A stretch of DNA of 64,000 nucleotides from a virus, in the IMG/VR virus record IMGVR_UViG_3300044655_000639, positions 1 to 64,000 of that record. One strand, 5' to 3'. The notes beneath the pieces are model-generated. The model ran no database searches and was not told the origin of the DNA. It worked only from the letters and a program-made list of their open reading frames with translations. A program made the position numbers and the translations under genes. Positions 19,160-29,483 of this stretch are shown here, one piece after another; within the stretch, counting starts at the first letter, position 1, and every line of letters begins with the position of its first letter.

Positions 19160-21352
19160 TTAAAAGATTCTACGGATCATAGTATGTATGTTTCTCATAG
19201 CATTAGCAGATGCAGGTTCATCCCAGTAAGCATTGACTGCTTCAACTAAGTCAGAGGTGTAATCAATGTCAGCACCTAAGTCATGAGCATGATAGACTAG
19301 TCGTACTAAAGAACGGTATCGTTCTCCAGGGACTGCATTATAAGCGTATGAGAATGTCTCTAGCTCATCAGAGAGCAATGCCCTAGACTGAGCAGATGAA
19401 AGCTTCTGAGGTTCCTTACGTGGTTCTGTAGAGGATGCTACAAGAAGGTGTTCTTTCACTTCAATAGGAGACTGATCAGTAACTGATAATACAGTACGTC
19501 CTGTATAGGCAAAATAGATCTGAGACTTCGGTAGAAGATCAGTCTTTAGTGACAGAGATTCAGCAATGGACTTAATGAATGGTCTCCACTGCATATCAGG
19601 AATGTCAACTACAGCATCAAGCTCTAGAAGGATACGGAACTTGAATGGGTTGGTACTGTCTGAAGTACGGGCAATATGGTGATTGATATCCTGAAGTATG
19701 AAGTGACATTCTTCATCTGTTATTGCAGAGTCATCAATGTCAAGACATATCCACTTACAACCACCAATGATGTTCTCCTTAGAACGCTTACCACCTTTGA
19801 ACTGAAATGGTGAATATGCTAAGTCGTACTTGAGTACTTCATCTAAGTCTTTGAATAAAGTCTCAGAGAATTCGTAGCCTGAAGCACACTGAGACTGTCG
19901 TTCTTCTTTCGTACCTGATACTGTAAGGTATGATACTCCAATAACATCAGTCTTCTGAATGGCTTCATAGCAGATACCATCTTCACATATGGTGTAGATA
20001 CCTGTCTTATCATATGATGTAGCAAGTGTAACAAGCTCCTTCATCTTAACAGCAGGTACTCCAGTGGTAGGAATGTAGCCATGCTTACGAAGTTCATGAA
20101 GACTGATGAAGGAACGTCCGTCTTTAGATTTGGTGTGCGTAAAGTCAACGAAGAGTTCGTATGGTTCTTTCACCATAGCTACCTCAAAGTTGATCATATC
20201 CTCATCTAGCATCTCACAATATGTGATAGCAGCAATATAGTCTTCAGCCATGATACTGTTGTGCTTGTTGAATATTGCAATAGCTCCAGAGAACTTCAGT
20301 GCTTTCCACTGCATATGCATACGTACAAGTTTAGATATCTTGAACTGAGGGTCAAGTGTAGCAGAGAGTTCCTCATTGTATCGCTTATAGGTGATGAAGA
20401 GTTCTCGTACTTCTGGTGATACTTCTAAGGGTGCTCCAGCTCCTTTAACAGCTTCTGCCGCTATTGTCTTGATGAGACCTGATACATGCTTTCTAGCTGC
20501 TAATGCTGCATCCTCAGCTGCTGTCTCAGCTGCTAACATCTCAGATACTGTAGGATACTGGATGGATGGTACAGTGGTAGGTGAGAAGTTAAAGAATGAT
20601 CTACGAGCAAGCTTAGTAGAAAACTCTCTGTCGAATATCTTCTTGACTGGAGCTTCATACAGGATGTTATCCTGAGAACCTACAAAGAGAGCAGTAACAG
20701 GAAAGTTCTTCAGAGGTTTACCCTGTTCTTCCTTATTACCAATGAGCTTCACTTCTTTAGAGCCTTCATCATATACTTCAGACATAAACTGTAGAAGTGG
20801 TACTATAGAACCTGATGTGAGTTCTCCTCCGAATTCACCTGAGTATACGAAGCCTCCACCAATACCAGATTCCTCTAAGGTGTTGAAATGCTTCATGAGA
20901 CCCTTCTGTGTACTATCTACTGAGGCGAAGAGTTCTTCAGGTTTCTCATAGAATTCCTTGTAGGTATTCCATTCAGTAGGGTCAGGCTTACCAGCAAGCT
21001 GAGCAGAACGTATAGCATTGGATGTGGCTACTGCTTTACGCTTGTCTTCTATGATGCTGTAGCCTTCGTTGAAACACTTACGTGCTGCATTAACTGCTGA
21101 GTCTTTACCAAAGCCAGATGCTGCAATAGCAAATGAGATAGCATTGATAGGAATCATAGATCCATTCCAGTGCTTGATGTTACGTCTAAGATGTGATGCA
21201 AATAGAACTAGTTCTGATGCAGCAATGGTAAGCTTAAAACGGTATGGAGCTTGTGGGTTATTAATGGAGTCAACGGTTTGCCTAACAATGTCAGGCAATG
21301 CACCAGAGAAAGCTCCTTTAGCTTGGAGATCTTGTTTAAGTAGGTCTAACAT
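19160..21352 (-). CDS. Primase/helicase-like replication protein (N4 dns/gp43-like)
   Basis: N-terminal P-loop AASGFGKDS; C-terminal primase-like LDIDD..RTSD..FRILL. Confidence 0.75.
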   Translation of the reverse strand: MLDLLKQDLQAKGAFSGALPDIVRQTVDSINNPQAPYRFKLTIAASELVLFASHLRRNIKHWNGSMIPINAISFAIAASGFGKDSAVNAARKCFNEGYSIIEDKRKAVATSNAIRSAQLAGKPDPTEWNTYKEFYEKPEELFASVDSTQKGLMKHFNTLEESGIGGGFVYSGEFGGELTSGSIVPLLQFMSEVYDEGSKEVKLIGNKEEQGKPLKNFPVTALFVGSQDNILYEAPVKKIFDREFSTKLARRSFFNFSPTTVPSIQYPTVSEMLAAETAAEDAALAARKHVSGLIKTIAAEAVKGAGAPLEVSPEVRELFITYKRYNEELSATLDPQFKISKLVRMHMQWKALKFSGAIAIFNKHNSIMAEDYIAAITYCEMLDEDMINFEVAMVKEPYELFVDFTHTKSKDGRSFISLHELRKHGYIPTTGVPAVKMKELVTLATSYDKTGIYTICEDGICYEAIQKTDVIGVSYLTVSGTKEERQSQCASGYEFSETLFKDLDEVLKYDLAYSPFQFKGGKRSKENIIGGCKWICLDIDDSAITDEECHFILQDINHHIARTSDSTNPFKFRILLELDAVVDIPDMQWRPFIKSIAESLSLKTDLLPKSQIYFAYTGRTVLSVTDQSPIEVKEHLLVASSTEPRKEPQKLSSAQSRALLSDELETFSYAYNAVPGERYRSLVRLVYHAHDLGADIDYTSDLVEAVNAYWDEPASANAMRNIHTMIRRIF

Positions 21353-21360
21353 AATGGTCC

Positions 21361-22176
21361 TTATTTAATAATGATTTTGTCTAGGATTCCTTTACAGAAT
21401 TCAACTTCATCGAGAGTGTCACCAACATTAATAACGTCAGGTATTGTAATAGCATTACCATAGTTCTCGTCTAGAGTGGCTCCAAATGTATCCTCTAATA
21501 CTGCAAAGAAGAACTTACGTAAGAGTCTATCGTTGAGGACTGCTGACATGGTCTGAATGGACTTCTGATCTCGATGAGAGAAGAGTGGAATAGTAGCAAG
21601 AAAGTTCTTCTTGTCTCCTGAGCTACATGCTTGGTCTGGGAATACAAGTGAAATCTTGCAGTAGATATGCTCACGTTCTAGTAGTTCTACTGTAGCAAGA
21701 ATCTTCGCCATGTTCTCACGGATGGTACTGTCAGAAACATAATAGGGATATGATATGCTGATGTACAATTCATAAAAGTATGAGATATATTTCTCAGTAG
21801 GTACTAAGAAACAAGCGGGGTCTTCTGCTATGACTTTAGCAACATCCCATAGTTCACCTTCAACATCATAGTGGTAAGACTCGTATACTGATTCAGAGAT
21901 GAGTCCTCGTTTAAGGAGAGACTGCTTCACTCTGTTCTTTATGATTTCGTATTCACCCTCAGTGATAGTGGGAGTATCAGTAAGAAGTTCCTTCAATGCA
22001 ATATCATAACTGACATCACACTTATAAGGATCTGCCTGAGTAAGAGTCTTCACATGAGACTTAAAGTGCAGAAGATTACGGTAATTAAATATCACTGTAT
22101 CTTTTGTAGGAAGCTTCTGTAGCCACGACTGTGGGTGGATGTCTGGTAAGGCTGAATGTGTAATGATAGGTTTCAT
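21361..22176 (-). CDS. Partner of the MoxR/CobS-like AAA ATPase (CobT/vWA-like)
   Basis: Start revised to MKPIITHS (AAGGAA RBS); directly follows the AAA gene. Confidence 0.55.
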   Translation of the reverse strand: MKPIITHSALPDIHPQSWLQKLPTKDTVIFNYRNLLHFKSHVKTLTQADPYKCDVSYDIALKELLTDTPTITEGEYEIIKNRVKQSLLKRGLISESVYESYHYDVEGELWDVAKVIAEDPACFLVPTEKYISYFYELYISISYPYYVSDSTIRENMAKILATVELLEREHIYCKISLVFPDQACSSGDKKNFLATIPLFSHRDQKSIQTMSAVLNDRLLRKFFFAVLEDTFGATLDENYGNAITIPDVINVGDTLDEVEFCKGILDKIIIK

Positions 22177-22186
22177 TGTTGTTCCT

Positions 22187-23239
22187 TTAGAATGGTATGA
22201 ATTCTGAGTCTTTGAATTTAAACTCTGTATCACTAGGTACATGCAAAGCTCTGTAGATAGTATCATAAGGATTCTCTGCTGTAGGAGTCATTTTCTGTAC
22301 TACCCAATCAGATGGTGCTGGAACCCCATTAGAGATAAACTCTTGTATTATATGCTTAGCATACTCTCTAAGATGTTTATCTGCCTGTGGATTGTCAGTA
22401 TCTGATGTCTTCCATTTAGCTGCTTCTTTTACTGCTTCTGCATCATACTGTGAAGACTGTGCTTCTCGTTGAATGACTTCCCATAGCTCATCTACTGATG
22501 TAGCTTCTGATTGTGTCATAGACTTCTTCTTAGCTTCTGTAGCTTTTACAGCAAGTTTACTGTTGAACTGCTCATAGAGGTCTGTATGCTTATGGAATAC
22601 AACATCATGGTAGACACAATCTGAGATGTCAAGCTGTGACAGCTTATGCATACGTATAGCATCTCTCATGGTAACAGTAGAAGTAACTCCATGAGACTTC
22701 AAGATAGATCGTGCAATATCAGCATGTTCTACAATCTCAGGGGAAGTGAGTGAGAGTTCAAGCTCAGGGTCTCTATCAAGTGTGATATGAAAGTATCTAT
22801 CAATGGTAGAGAAGTCAAGCTTAGAACGTCCAGTATAAGTGCTGTGAGCATCAGCTGGATTAGCTGTAAGGATAAGTCTAAAGTTCTGGTGCTTCTGTAC
22901 GATACCGTCAGGGAATGAAATGAATCCATTCTCTATGGTGTTCAAACAGAGGAGTACGTTAGGGTCAGCAGCATCTGCCTCATCTAACAGGAACACACCA
23001 CCATTCTCAAATGCATTACGAAGCTGAGTAGGAATGAATACTCCGTTGATAGAGATGAATCCAAGAAGAGCATTCACTGACATCTGCTTCGTACAAGAGA
23101 TGGAGTGGAAAGTGAGTGATAAGTCCTGAGCTATCTGCATAGCCATAGTGGACTTCCCTGAACCTGCTGGTCCCATAAGAAGGACTGGTATTCCAGACTC
23201 TACTACTTTCTTAACGTAGGAGTATTTACTGTGATGCAT
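22187..23239 (-). CDS. MoxR/CobS-like AAA+ ATPase
   Basis: GPAGSGKS, FLLDEAD, TAN, DRY. Confidence 0.85.
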   Translation of the reverse strand: MHHSKYSYVKKVVESGIPVLLMGPAGSGKSTMAMQIAQDLSLTFHSISCTKQMSVNALLGFISINGVFIPTQLRNAFENGGVFLLDEADAADPNVLLCLNTIENGFISFPDGIVQKHQNFRLILTANPADAHSTYTGRSKLDFSTIDRYFHITLDRDPELELSLTSPEIVEHADIARSILKSHGVTSTVTMRDAIRMHKLSQLDISDCVYHDVVFHKHTDLYEQFNSKLAVKATEAKKKSMTQSEATSVDELWEVIQREAQSSQYDAEAVKEAAKWKTSDTDNPQADKHLREYAKHIIQEFISNGVPAPSDWVVQKMTPTAENPYDTIYRALHVPSDTEFKFKDSEFIPF

Positions 23240-24140
23240 CGGAGACTCCTAATGTGAATTGTGGGATTGAAATCTTATAACTGTAATCATAGATATGGGA
23301 ATCTGAATCTGTAATCTGCTCAAGTACATATTCGTTGAGTACTGTAATAAGCTCTACTTTACTGTATATAGTAAGATGAATACAAGTATTATCTACCTCA
23401 AATATATCAGAATACTTCTCAGCAATGATATCGTTACCATAGTACCAAAGCTTGTATGCTGTGATGGATTCTGAGATAGGCAGTAAGTCTGTAACAAGAT
23501 GATCAGATTCCATCTCAGTAACAGTCTCTCTATCAAAGAGTCTCCTCCATAAGTCTATTCTAACAAGACCTAACTGCTTCAGCATATAATATGGAATGTA
23601 TAGCATATGGTCTAGGTCTACCCATAATGGCAAGTCTGCTGGTGGTACTCGTAAATGCTTTGTAGACTGTTCTGTATCTAAGTTAAGTAGATCTACCATA
23701 GCTATTTTAAGTTCATGAGCTCTAGACTCGTAATTGTTGCATAGTTCTTTAGCTGACTTAAAGTCTTCTCGTAACTGGAGTACTACAAACATATAGAATC
23801 TGAGTTCATCTACAGTATGTCCTGCAGTGGCTGTAATGTGATGGTTAAAGAGTGTGCTCCAAATGACTTCTGCATTAGGACGGACTGTAGTGAATTGAAA
23901 TAGTGGTTTCATAGTAGGTTCCTTTTCTGGTTGTGAGGGTATACAGTTGTACTGTTCAGGAATATCCCAAATTTCTTTAGGGAGAGATTGCCATGTAGTC
24001 TGATATAGCTTTAATAGTTCTTGCATCTTAGCATCGTCAAGATCTCTTTGACTGTACGGAGGAAGTATCTTAGATGTATCAAGTCTAGTCTTAACATTCA
24101 TGATGTCTTTATAAGACAATGCTGATGTAGTAATTGCCAT
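23226..24140 (-). CDS. Hypothetical protein
   Basis: Start revised to MAITT (AAGGAA RBS). Confidence 0.65.
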   Translation of the reverse strand: MAITTSALSYKDIMNVKTRLDTSKILPPYSQRDLDDAKMQELLKLYQTTWQSLPKEIWDIPEQYNCIPSQPEKEPTMKPLFQFTTVRPNAEVIWSTLFNHHITATAGHTVDELRFYMFVVLQLREDFKSAKELCNNYESRAHELKIAMVDLLNLDTEQSTKHLRVPPADLPLWVDLDHMLYIPYYMLKQLGLVRIDLWRRLFDRETVTEMESDHLVTDLLPISESITAYKLWYYGNDIIAEKYSDIFEVDNTCIHLTIYSKVELITVLNEYVLEQITDSDSHIYDYSYKISIPQFTLGVSDASQ

Positions 24141-24207
24141 ATAATTCCTTTGAAATATAATAAAGTATACCAATGTATACTATGGTATATCCCAAAAGGG
24201 ATACACT

Positions 24208-24339
24208 TTAGATGTACTTACTAGAAGTAGATACTGCTAGATTACAAAGGATAGGGCATACTGCAACTAGGTTAATGAGATCTTGTAGTTTGGCTTCTGC
24301 TGAAGCATCTTTGTTTTTAAGAATATCGTTGAAAGTCAT
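24208..24339 (-). CDS. Hypothetical protein, 43 aa (MTFNDILKNK...)
   Basis: AGGAG RBS; followed by hairpin TATCCC-AAAA-GGGATA. Confidence 0.5.
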   Translation of the reverse strand: MTFNDILKNKDASAEAKLQDLINLVAVCPILCNLAVSTSSKYI

Positions 24340-24349
24340 AATGACTCCT

Positions 24350-24752
24350 ATAGTGGGATGGTGGATTACTCCATATAAGACTGGGTGAAGTACATGAGCT
24401 GTTAGTCCTCGGTTACCTCATTTAAAGTGTAGCTCTTCTATACATTCACTTATGTACTTCATACAATTTTAAAATTAGCATGGGAGCTTACCGCATGCTG
24501 GTTTACACTATCCTAAGAATCACCAAAGGAATCATGCACCGTAGCTTGCAACGGGATACACTATTATGTAAAACTAAGATGGAAGTGTTATAACCGTTTC
24601 TTCTGGCGGTTCCTCTACCTATGTCCCCTGCTGAACGTAGCATTTAGAATTCTGATATTTTAGATGATAGGTGATTAATCTATCAGAGCTATGGAGTCTG
24701 AAACTATTGCATCCTAAGTAGCCTCCACAACATCCTACGAATAGGATGCTAG
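24350..24752 (-). ncRNA. About 400-nt non-coding, multi-hairpin region
   Basis: No long ORF; stems TGAAGTACAT/ATGTACTTCA, AGCATG/CATGCT, AACCG/CGGTT, TCTGATA/TATCAGA and a UUCG-capped hairpin. Confidence 0.4.
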
Positions 24753-24756
24753 GAAG

Positions 24757-24966
24757 CTAGAGTGATGCAAGTAATTCTTCTTTAGAAGCAAAAGCTAGAC
24801 GTTCTACTACATACTCTTTGTCTGAGTACTCATCCCATAAATACTTAATGCGTACATCATTTTTAGTTCTAAAGATTGAGATAGCTTTTACAGCTCTCTT
24901 ACTCGGTAGGTTATTGTTCATATACCATACCTCATCGCCTACATTAAATTTCGTTTCAATTTTCAT
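24757..24966 (-). CDS. Conserved phage hypothetical protein
   Basis: MKIETKFNVGDEVW...FASKEELLASL pattern. Confidence 0.7.
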   Translation of the reverse strand: MKIETKFNVGDEVWYMNNNLPSKRAVKAISIFRTKNDVRIKYLWDEYSDKEYVVERLAFASKEELLASL

Positions 24967-24976
24967 AATATTTCCT

Positions 24977-27055
24977 TTAGTGGCATTCTGCCCAATTACG
25001 TCCTGATAGGACTTCTCCTGTGTAGGTACACTTCATACCTAACAGTTCTGAGACTTTAGCATATGATGTCTGTAGTATATTCTTTACAGCTTCTACACAA
25101 TCATCACGTACAATAAAGTCAACTTCATCATATATGGTAGCCTGTTGTTTGAAGTGCTCACCATGTATAAGACCTGCTTCTGCAAATGCCTGATGTATTA
25201 TGGTAAGGTAGTTCTTCATAGCTTCAGCACCCTGACCTTGACAGAAATAGTTGAGACACTTATGAGGTGAGTCTACTGGTATGAGTCTTCCTCCAAGAGT
25301 GAGAATACCTCCACTCTGTTTAGCATCATTAGTGAGTTTCTTAATGAGATCTGCTAGACCATCTGTAGACTTAATCAGTCTGTCTTGTACTTGCTTTCCG
25401 AAGATAGCCTGCTTAACCAGTTGGTCATCATATTTGACGTAGACTGCTGCTGTACCTGATTTAACTGGATAATAGTATTCACCATCTGCTTCTCTAAGAC
25501 GACCTTCAATAGAGGACACAGCATCATTCCACTCTGACTGAGTATAGTCTGTGAAGTCCTTACGCCCAAGGAGAGTGTACCCAGTAAGTGTTGATGAAGA
25601 TCCATAAAGAAACCCAAACCATAAAGGCTTTGCATCTGTTCTAGAGACTCCACATGATTTTGCATTAAGACTATGCAAGTCTGTTCCAAGATCTTTGTCT
25701 CCTGAAGTGTTGATCTCATTTAGTCTTCCTCCATCAAATTCATATAAAGCTTCTGCCAGGTTTACGTTCTCCTGTCCTCCAAAGTCAGTACCAACAAATG
25801 TCCATCCTTCAGGAGCTGTAAACAGTTCTCTGAATTCTTTAGCTGCTGGTATCTGATTAAGATTAACTGAGGAGGAAGTGAACCTCCCAGTGACAGTACC
25901 GTTAGTATCAATACGAGATGTTATGGTAGAGTCATATCGTACTGCTTCATTGAGACCCCTAAGCTGAGACAAGTCTTTCACTATCTTGAGGTAACGCCTC
26001 AGGTCTGCCCCATAGTCTCCAAGAGCAGTGAGTTCTTCACCATCTACTTTAGCGGTACCTTTATCTGTATACGTACTGAATTCAAAATCATACTGCTGTT
26101 TAAGCCAATGACGTATCTTATGGCGAGAACCTGGATCAAACTTCGTAAGCTCTACTGGAGTGTAATCACCACCACTGTAATGAGTGTATACAATACGATG
26201 AGGTCTATCAAACCAAGCATACTTCTTGAAACGTATCTTCCCATTCTTCAGTATGGTGTACTGGAATGGATGATATGCTATAGCAGTGAGATACTGATAG
26301 TTCTCATCAGGAATATATTGCTTAGTCCTACGAGGCTTAGCAGGTGTGACATCAGGACCTTTACGTAGAATCAAAGGCTTGAATGTACGAGACAGTCTCA
26401 TAGAGATACTAAGCTGTTCATGCATGAGCTTCTGCATCAGAGAACGTCCTGCATCAATATCATAATAAAATCCATAGTGTACCTGCTGAGCAATGAGTTG
26501 TGCTACTTCATGCTCCAAGTCAATGACAGATTGTGATGGAAAGTTCTTAGCTGATAGCAAGTTCTGATATAGCTGATATGTAACGTCTACGTCCTGAATA
26601 CAATAGCTCATCATAGAAGTGTTGAGTTTACTCCAATCAGAATGAGAACCTTTAGGATACTGCATACGATCACCAAAGGCTTCAAGTGAGAACGAACCAT
26701 ACTTAGACTTGTTGAAGTCAGGTATGGTATAGTCAAGTTCTGATAGTTCATCCTTAGTGTAGATAAGCTTAGCAAGAAGCATAGTATCAAGACATGTAGT
26801 ATGAAGAGTTCCTAGTATGTTATTCACAACGATACAGTCAAAACCAATACCATTATGAGCAATAACTAGATCAACGCTATTAAGTACCTCTAATGCATTC
26901 CTGAGAGTACCGCTACTACCAGGAAGGTAATGTGAAGTGTATATCTGTGTAGGACTATCATCAATCTTAATAGCAATACAATGAATCTTATCTACAGCAT
27001 ACACACCTTCTACTGGAATGGCAGATGTTTCTAAGTCGAATACTGCTGTAGTCAT
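24977..27055 (-). CDS. DNA polymerase family A with 3'-5' exonuclease
   Basis: ExoI FDLET, HNGIGFD, YCIQDV; TVTGRF; motif A DFGGQE; motif B RTDAK..FLYG; motif C IYDE. Confidence 0.95.
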   Translation of the reverse strand: MTTAVFDLETSAIPVEGVYAVDKIHCIAIKIDDSPTQIYTSHYLPGSSGTLRNALEVLNSVDLVIAHNGIGFDCIVVNNILGTLHTTCLDTMLLAKLIYTKDELSELDYTIPDFNKSKYGSFSLEAFGDRMQYPKGSHSDWSKLNTSMMSYCIQDVDVTYQLYQNLLSAKNFPSQSVIDLEHEVAQLIAQQVHYGFYYDIDAGRSLMQKLMHEQLSISMRLSRTFKPLILRKGPDVTPAKPRRTKQYIPDENYQYLTAIAYHPFQYTILKNGKIRFKKYAWFDRPHRIVYTHYSGGDYTPVELTKFDPGSRHKIRHWLKQQYDFEFSTYTDKGTAKVDGEELTALGDYGADLRRYLKIVKDLSQLRGLNEAVRYDSTITSRIDTNGTVTGRFTSSSVNLNQIPAAKEFRELFTAPEGWTFVGTDFGGQENVNLAEALYEFDGGRLNEINTSGDKDLGTDLHSLNAKSCGVSRTDAKPLWFGFLYGSSSTLTGYTLLGRKDFTDYTQSEWNDAVSSIEGRLREADGEYYYPVKSGTAAVYVKYDDQLVKQAIFGKQVQDRLIKSTDGLADLIKKLTNDAKQSGGILTLGGRLIPVDSPHKCLNYFCQGQGAEAMKNYLTIIHQAFAEAGLIHGEHFKQQATIYDEVDFIVRDDCVEAVKNILQTSYAKVSELLGMKCTYTGEVLSGRNWAECH

Positions 27056-27063
27056 AAGTCCTC

Positions 27064-27192
27064 CTATTTCTTAGTAAAAATACTGGCAATACCTGCTACT
27101 ATAATAAGCAGAAGACTACCAACAACAGTGATGATCAATGGTGCCAGATAAAATCCAATGGCTATAAGGATTCCAATGCCAATGTATTCCAT
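27064..27192 (-). CDS. Small membrane protein, 42 aa
   Basis: MEYIGIGILIAIGFYLAPLIITVVGSLLLIIVAGIASIFTKK; TGATG coupling to the upstream gene. Confidence 0.6.
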   Translation of the reverse strand: MEYIGIGILIAIGFYLAPLIITVVGSLLLIIVAGIASIFTKK

Positions 27193-27308
27193 CAGTCACA
27201 TACCATAATGGTTTCACAAGGATAACCTGGTGTACATACCATAACCATACGGCAACCAGCTGCCTGAGAGAGTGTAGCAAAAAGTGCTAAGAGTAGAATG
27301 TATTTCAT
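27192..27308 (-). CDS. Secreted Cys-rich peptide, 38 aa
   Basis: MKYILLLALFATLSQA-AGCRMVMVCTPGYPCETIMVCD; AAAGGAA RBS. Confidence 0.6.
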   Translation of the reverse strand: MKYILLLALFATLSQAAGCRMVMVCTPGYPCETIMVCD

Positions 27309-27322
27309 GATGTTTCCTTTAT

Positions 27323-27658
27323 TTAATACCAGCAGTCATATTCATACTCTGCATCATTTTCTATGATATCAGTACGTACTGCTGTGAATATCTTTATAAG
27401 ATCTTCGTATTCTTCTTGATCCATTTCACCTGAACCATAGAAGAATCCACTTGTAGCTGGTAGAGAAGCTTCTGCTAAGTCTGATAATAGTTGATCTATT
27501 ACTTCAATGTTATCTCTATTGAGAGTAGTCGGTACACAATTCTCTTGATTACAGTTTTCTTCAAACCAACCTTGAAGCTGATGATTCTTTCTCCAGTACT
27601 CAACTTCTTCTGTCTGCTTCTTCACTACTACTTTGTTTAAGTATTGATCTAATCCCAT
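27323..27658 (-). CDS. Conserved phage hypothetical protein
   Basis: MGLDQY..YWRK..LQGWF..FFYG..W; start revised using the RBS. Confidence 0.7.
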   Translation of the reverse strand: MGLDQYLNKVVVKKQTEEVEYWRKNHQLQGWFEENCNQENCVPTTLNRDNIEVIDQLLSDLAEASLPATSGFFYGSGEMDQEEYEDLIKIFTAVRTDIIENDAEYEYDCWY

Positions 27659-27668
27659 TGTATTTCCT

Positions 27669-29114
27669 TTATTTGTTAATGTATATAGCATTATTCAACT
27701 GCAGTCTACTTCTAGAACAAGCAACATAATATAAGCGTAACTCTTCCTCTTCTGAGTGAGAGCGTTCTGATGGTTTCATCTCAAGGATATCATCAAGATC
27801 AAAGTCATGAGCTATGGTCACTGAATCGAATGTCAAGCCCTTACTGCTGTGGCAGGTACTTAAGGTGATGAAGTGATCGTCAGGATGCTTCTCTGCCTGC
27901 TGAGCATGCTTGTATGCATCGTATATCTTAGATGCTCCATGCTTCATGATGGTTTGTGCTGCTGTCTTAATGTTACGGTCCTCTTCACCATGAAGCATAA
28001 GGATGTATGCAAGACAAGTACGATACTTCGATGGTAGAGTCTTAGATTTAAAGTAATGATCAACATCCTTCTGAATGTATTTTAGAGACTGATCATATAT
28101 CTGAGAGTCTTTCTTCAAGTTCATCAGAGTAAGCATATTAGAGAATATCTCTTTAGCCTGTCTAGTGAGGTTGAATGGTGTATGCTGAGCAGTAAGAGTA
28201 ATCATGTATTCAATGAGACCACTGTTAGTACGAGAGATGATAGCTTCACTACGAATGGTAGTGTCAGAATGAGCTGTACCTTTGAATGCAATGGTATCAT
28301 CAAGGTGACGATGAATGAAGTTCTCAATGCTACTAGCAATGGCTGTAGAGCAACGAAATGATTGAGATAGAGTCTTTGTCACTCCAACATCAGCAAGAGC
28401 TTTAAAGCCATTAATGGTGTGATTAAAGCTATAGATATTCTGCAGTGGATCACCTACCATAATCTTCAGGTTAGCTGGAAGTAATAGAAATATCTCTAGG
28501 GTGACAGCATTAATGTCTCCTGCTTCATCCAACATGATGACATCAAATGGAATATCATAATGGATACAGCCTAAGTCTAGTAGCATATGATAAAGCTTCA
28601 GATAGAATGCGTGAGTACATGGCATAGTCTTATTGACCATAGCATTAAAATATCTGGAGATGATCTGCTGGTTAGCAGGTTCATGCTCATCATAGTACTG
28701 CTGAAGAGTAGTGTACTTAGATAGACAGAATGCTTCAAGATGCTGAACTACTAATACCTTATCATCATAGTCTATCTTCTCAGTGATGTCACGATATGTG
28801 AATGATGCAACTTCTCTCTTCTTCCCCACATCACCCTCAAGGGAAAGTCCATGAGTGATAGTTGGAAGATATGCTAGAGAGTGTGTGGTCTTACACTGGA
28901 CGTAAGGTGGAAACTTAGACTTGGACTCATCAGCAATCGACTTATTATAAGCCAAATATAATTGGGCACTATGTGGTAATGCTTCTGATACTTTAAGTAG
29001 TGTGTATGTTTTGGATGCCCCAGCCACAGCACTAATCTTGAGTACTGAACCTGTAGAAGCGTTAACTGCATAATCTATAATAGATTGTTGTTCATCAGTG
29101 AGAGTGTATGACAT
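27669..29114 (-). CDS. SF1 (UvrD-like) DNA helicase
   Basis: AVAGASKT, DEAGD, VGDPLQNIY, SFRC, HSSKGL, YVACSR. Confidence 0.9.
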   Translation of the reverse strand: MSYTLTDEQQSIIDYAVNASTGSVLKISAVAGASKTYTLLKVSEALPHSAQLYLAYNKSIADESKSKFPPYVQCKTTHSLAYLPTITHGLSLEGDVGKKREVASFTYRDITEKIDYDDKVLVVQHLEAFCLSKYTTLQQYYDEHEPANQQIISRYFNAMVNKTMPCTHAFYLKLYHMLLDLGCIHYDIPFDVIMLDEAGDINAVTLEIFLLLPANLKIMVGDPLQNIYSFNHTINGFKALADVGVTKTLSQSFRCSTAIASSIENFIHRHLDDTIAFKGTAHSDTTIRSEAIISRTNSGLIEYMITLTAQHTPFNLTRQAKEIFSNMLTLMNLKKDSQIYDQSLKYIQKDVDHYFKSKTLPSKYRTCLAYILMLHGEEDRNIKTAAQTIMKHGASKIYDAYKHAQQAEKHPDDHFITLSTCHSSKGLTFDSVTIAHDFDLDDILEMKPSERSHSEEEELRLYYVACSRSRLQLNNAIYINK

Positions 29115-29178
29115 GAAGTTCCTTTATGGTAATCTGCATTAGATAATGCTATTAATAGAATTGTATAATGAAGATGAG

Positions 29179-29254
29179 TGGTGGGCAATTGGTGACTCGA
29201 ACACCAATGACTCCTTTATGAGAGGAGGATATTAAACCTTTATATGAATCGCCC
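29179..29254 (-). tRNA. tRNA with CAT anticodon (elongator Met or Ile2)
   Basis: GGGCGAT/ATTGCCC-A-CCA; anticodon arm CTCCT-CTCATAA-AGGAG; T arm TGGTG-TTCGAGT-CACCA; 76 nt. Confidence 0.88.
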
Positions 29255-29483
29255 AATAAGCCAGCTACGTGTGCGTGCAGGGACGTAGCGTAGTGTAAGT
29301 AGTAGTAAAAAGTGTCCAAGCTAGCACTACCACTGATACAGAAGTTTATGAAAATAAACAGATGTACATCTTCCATTAGTAATGTACGTGAGAGATAGTT
29401 CTACCTCAACTGCAATCCGTGAGTTCCTACACTCCGACTACTGTCACCCTCTGTAAGTAGGTATCTGGTGACATGTATTATAA

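Noticed and set aside
29152-29376. 74-aa ORF
   Set aside because: Overlaps a well-formed tRNA.
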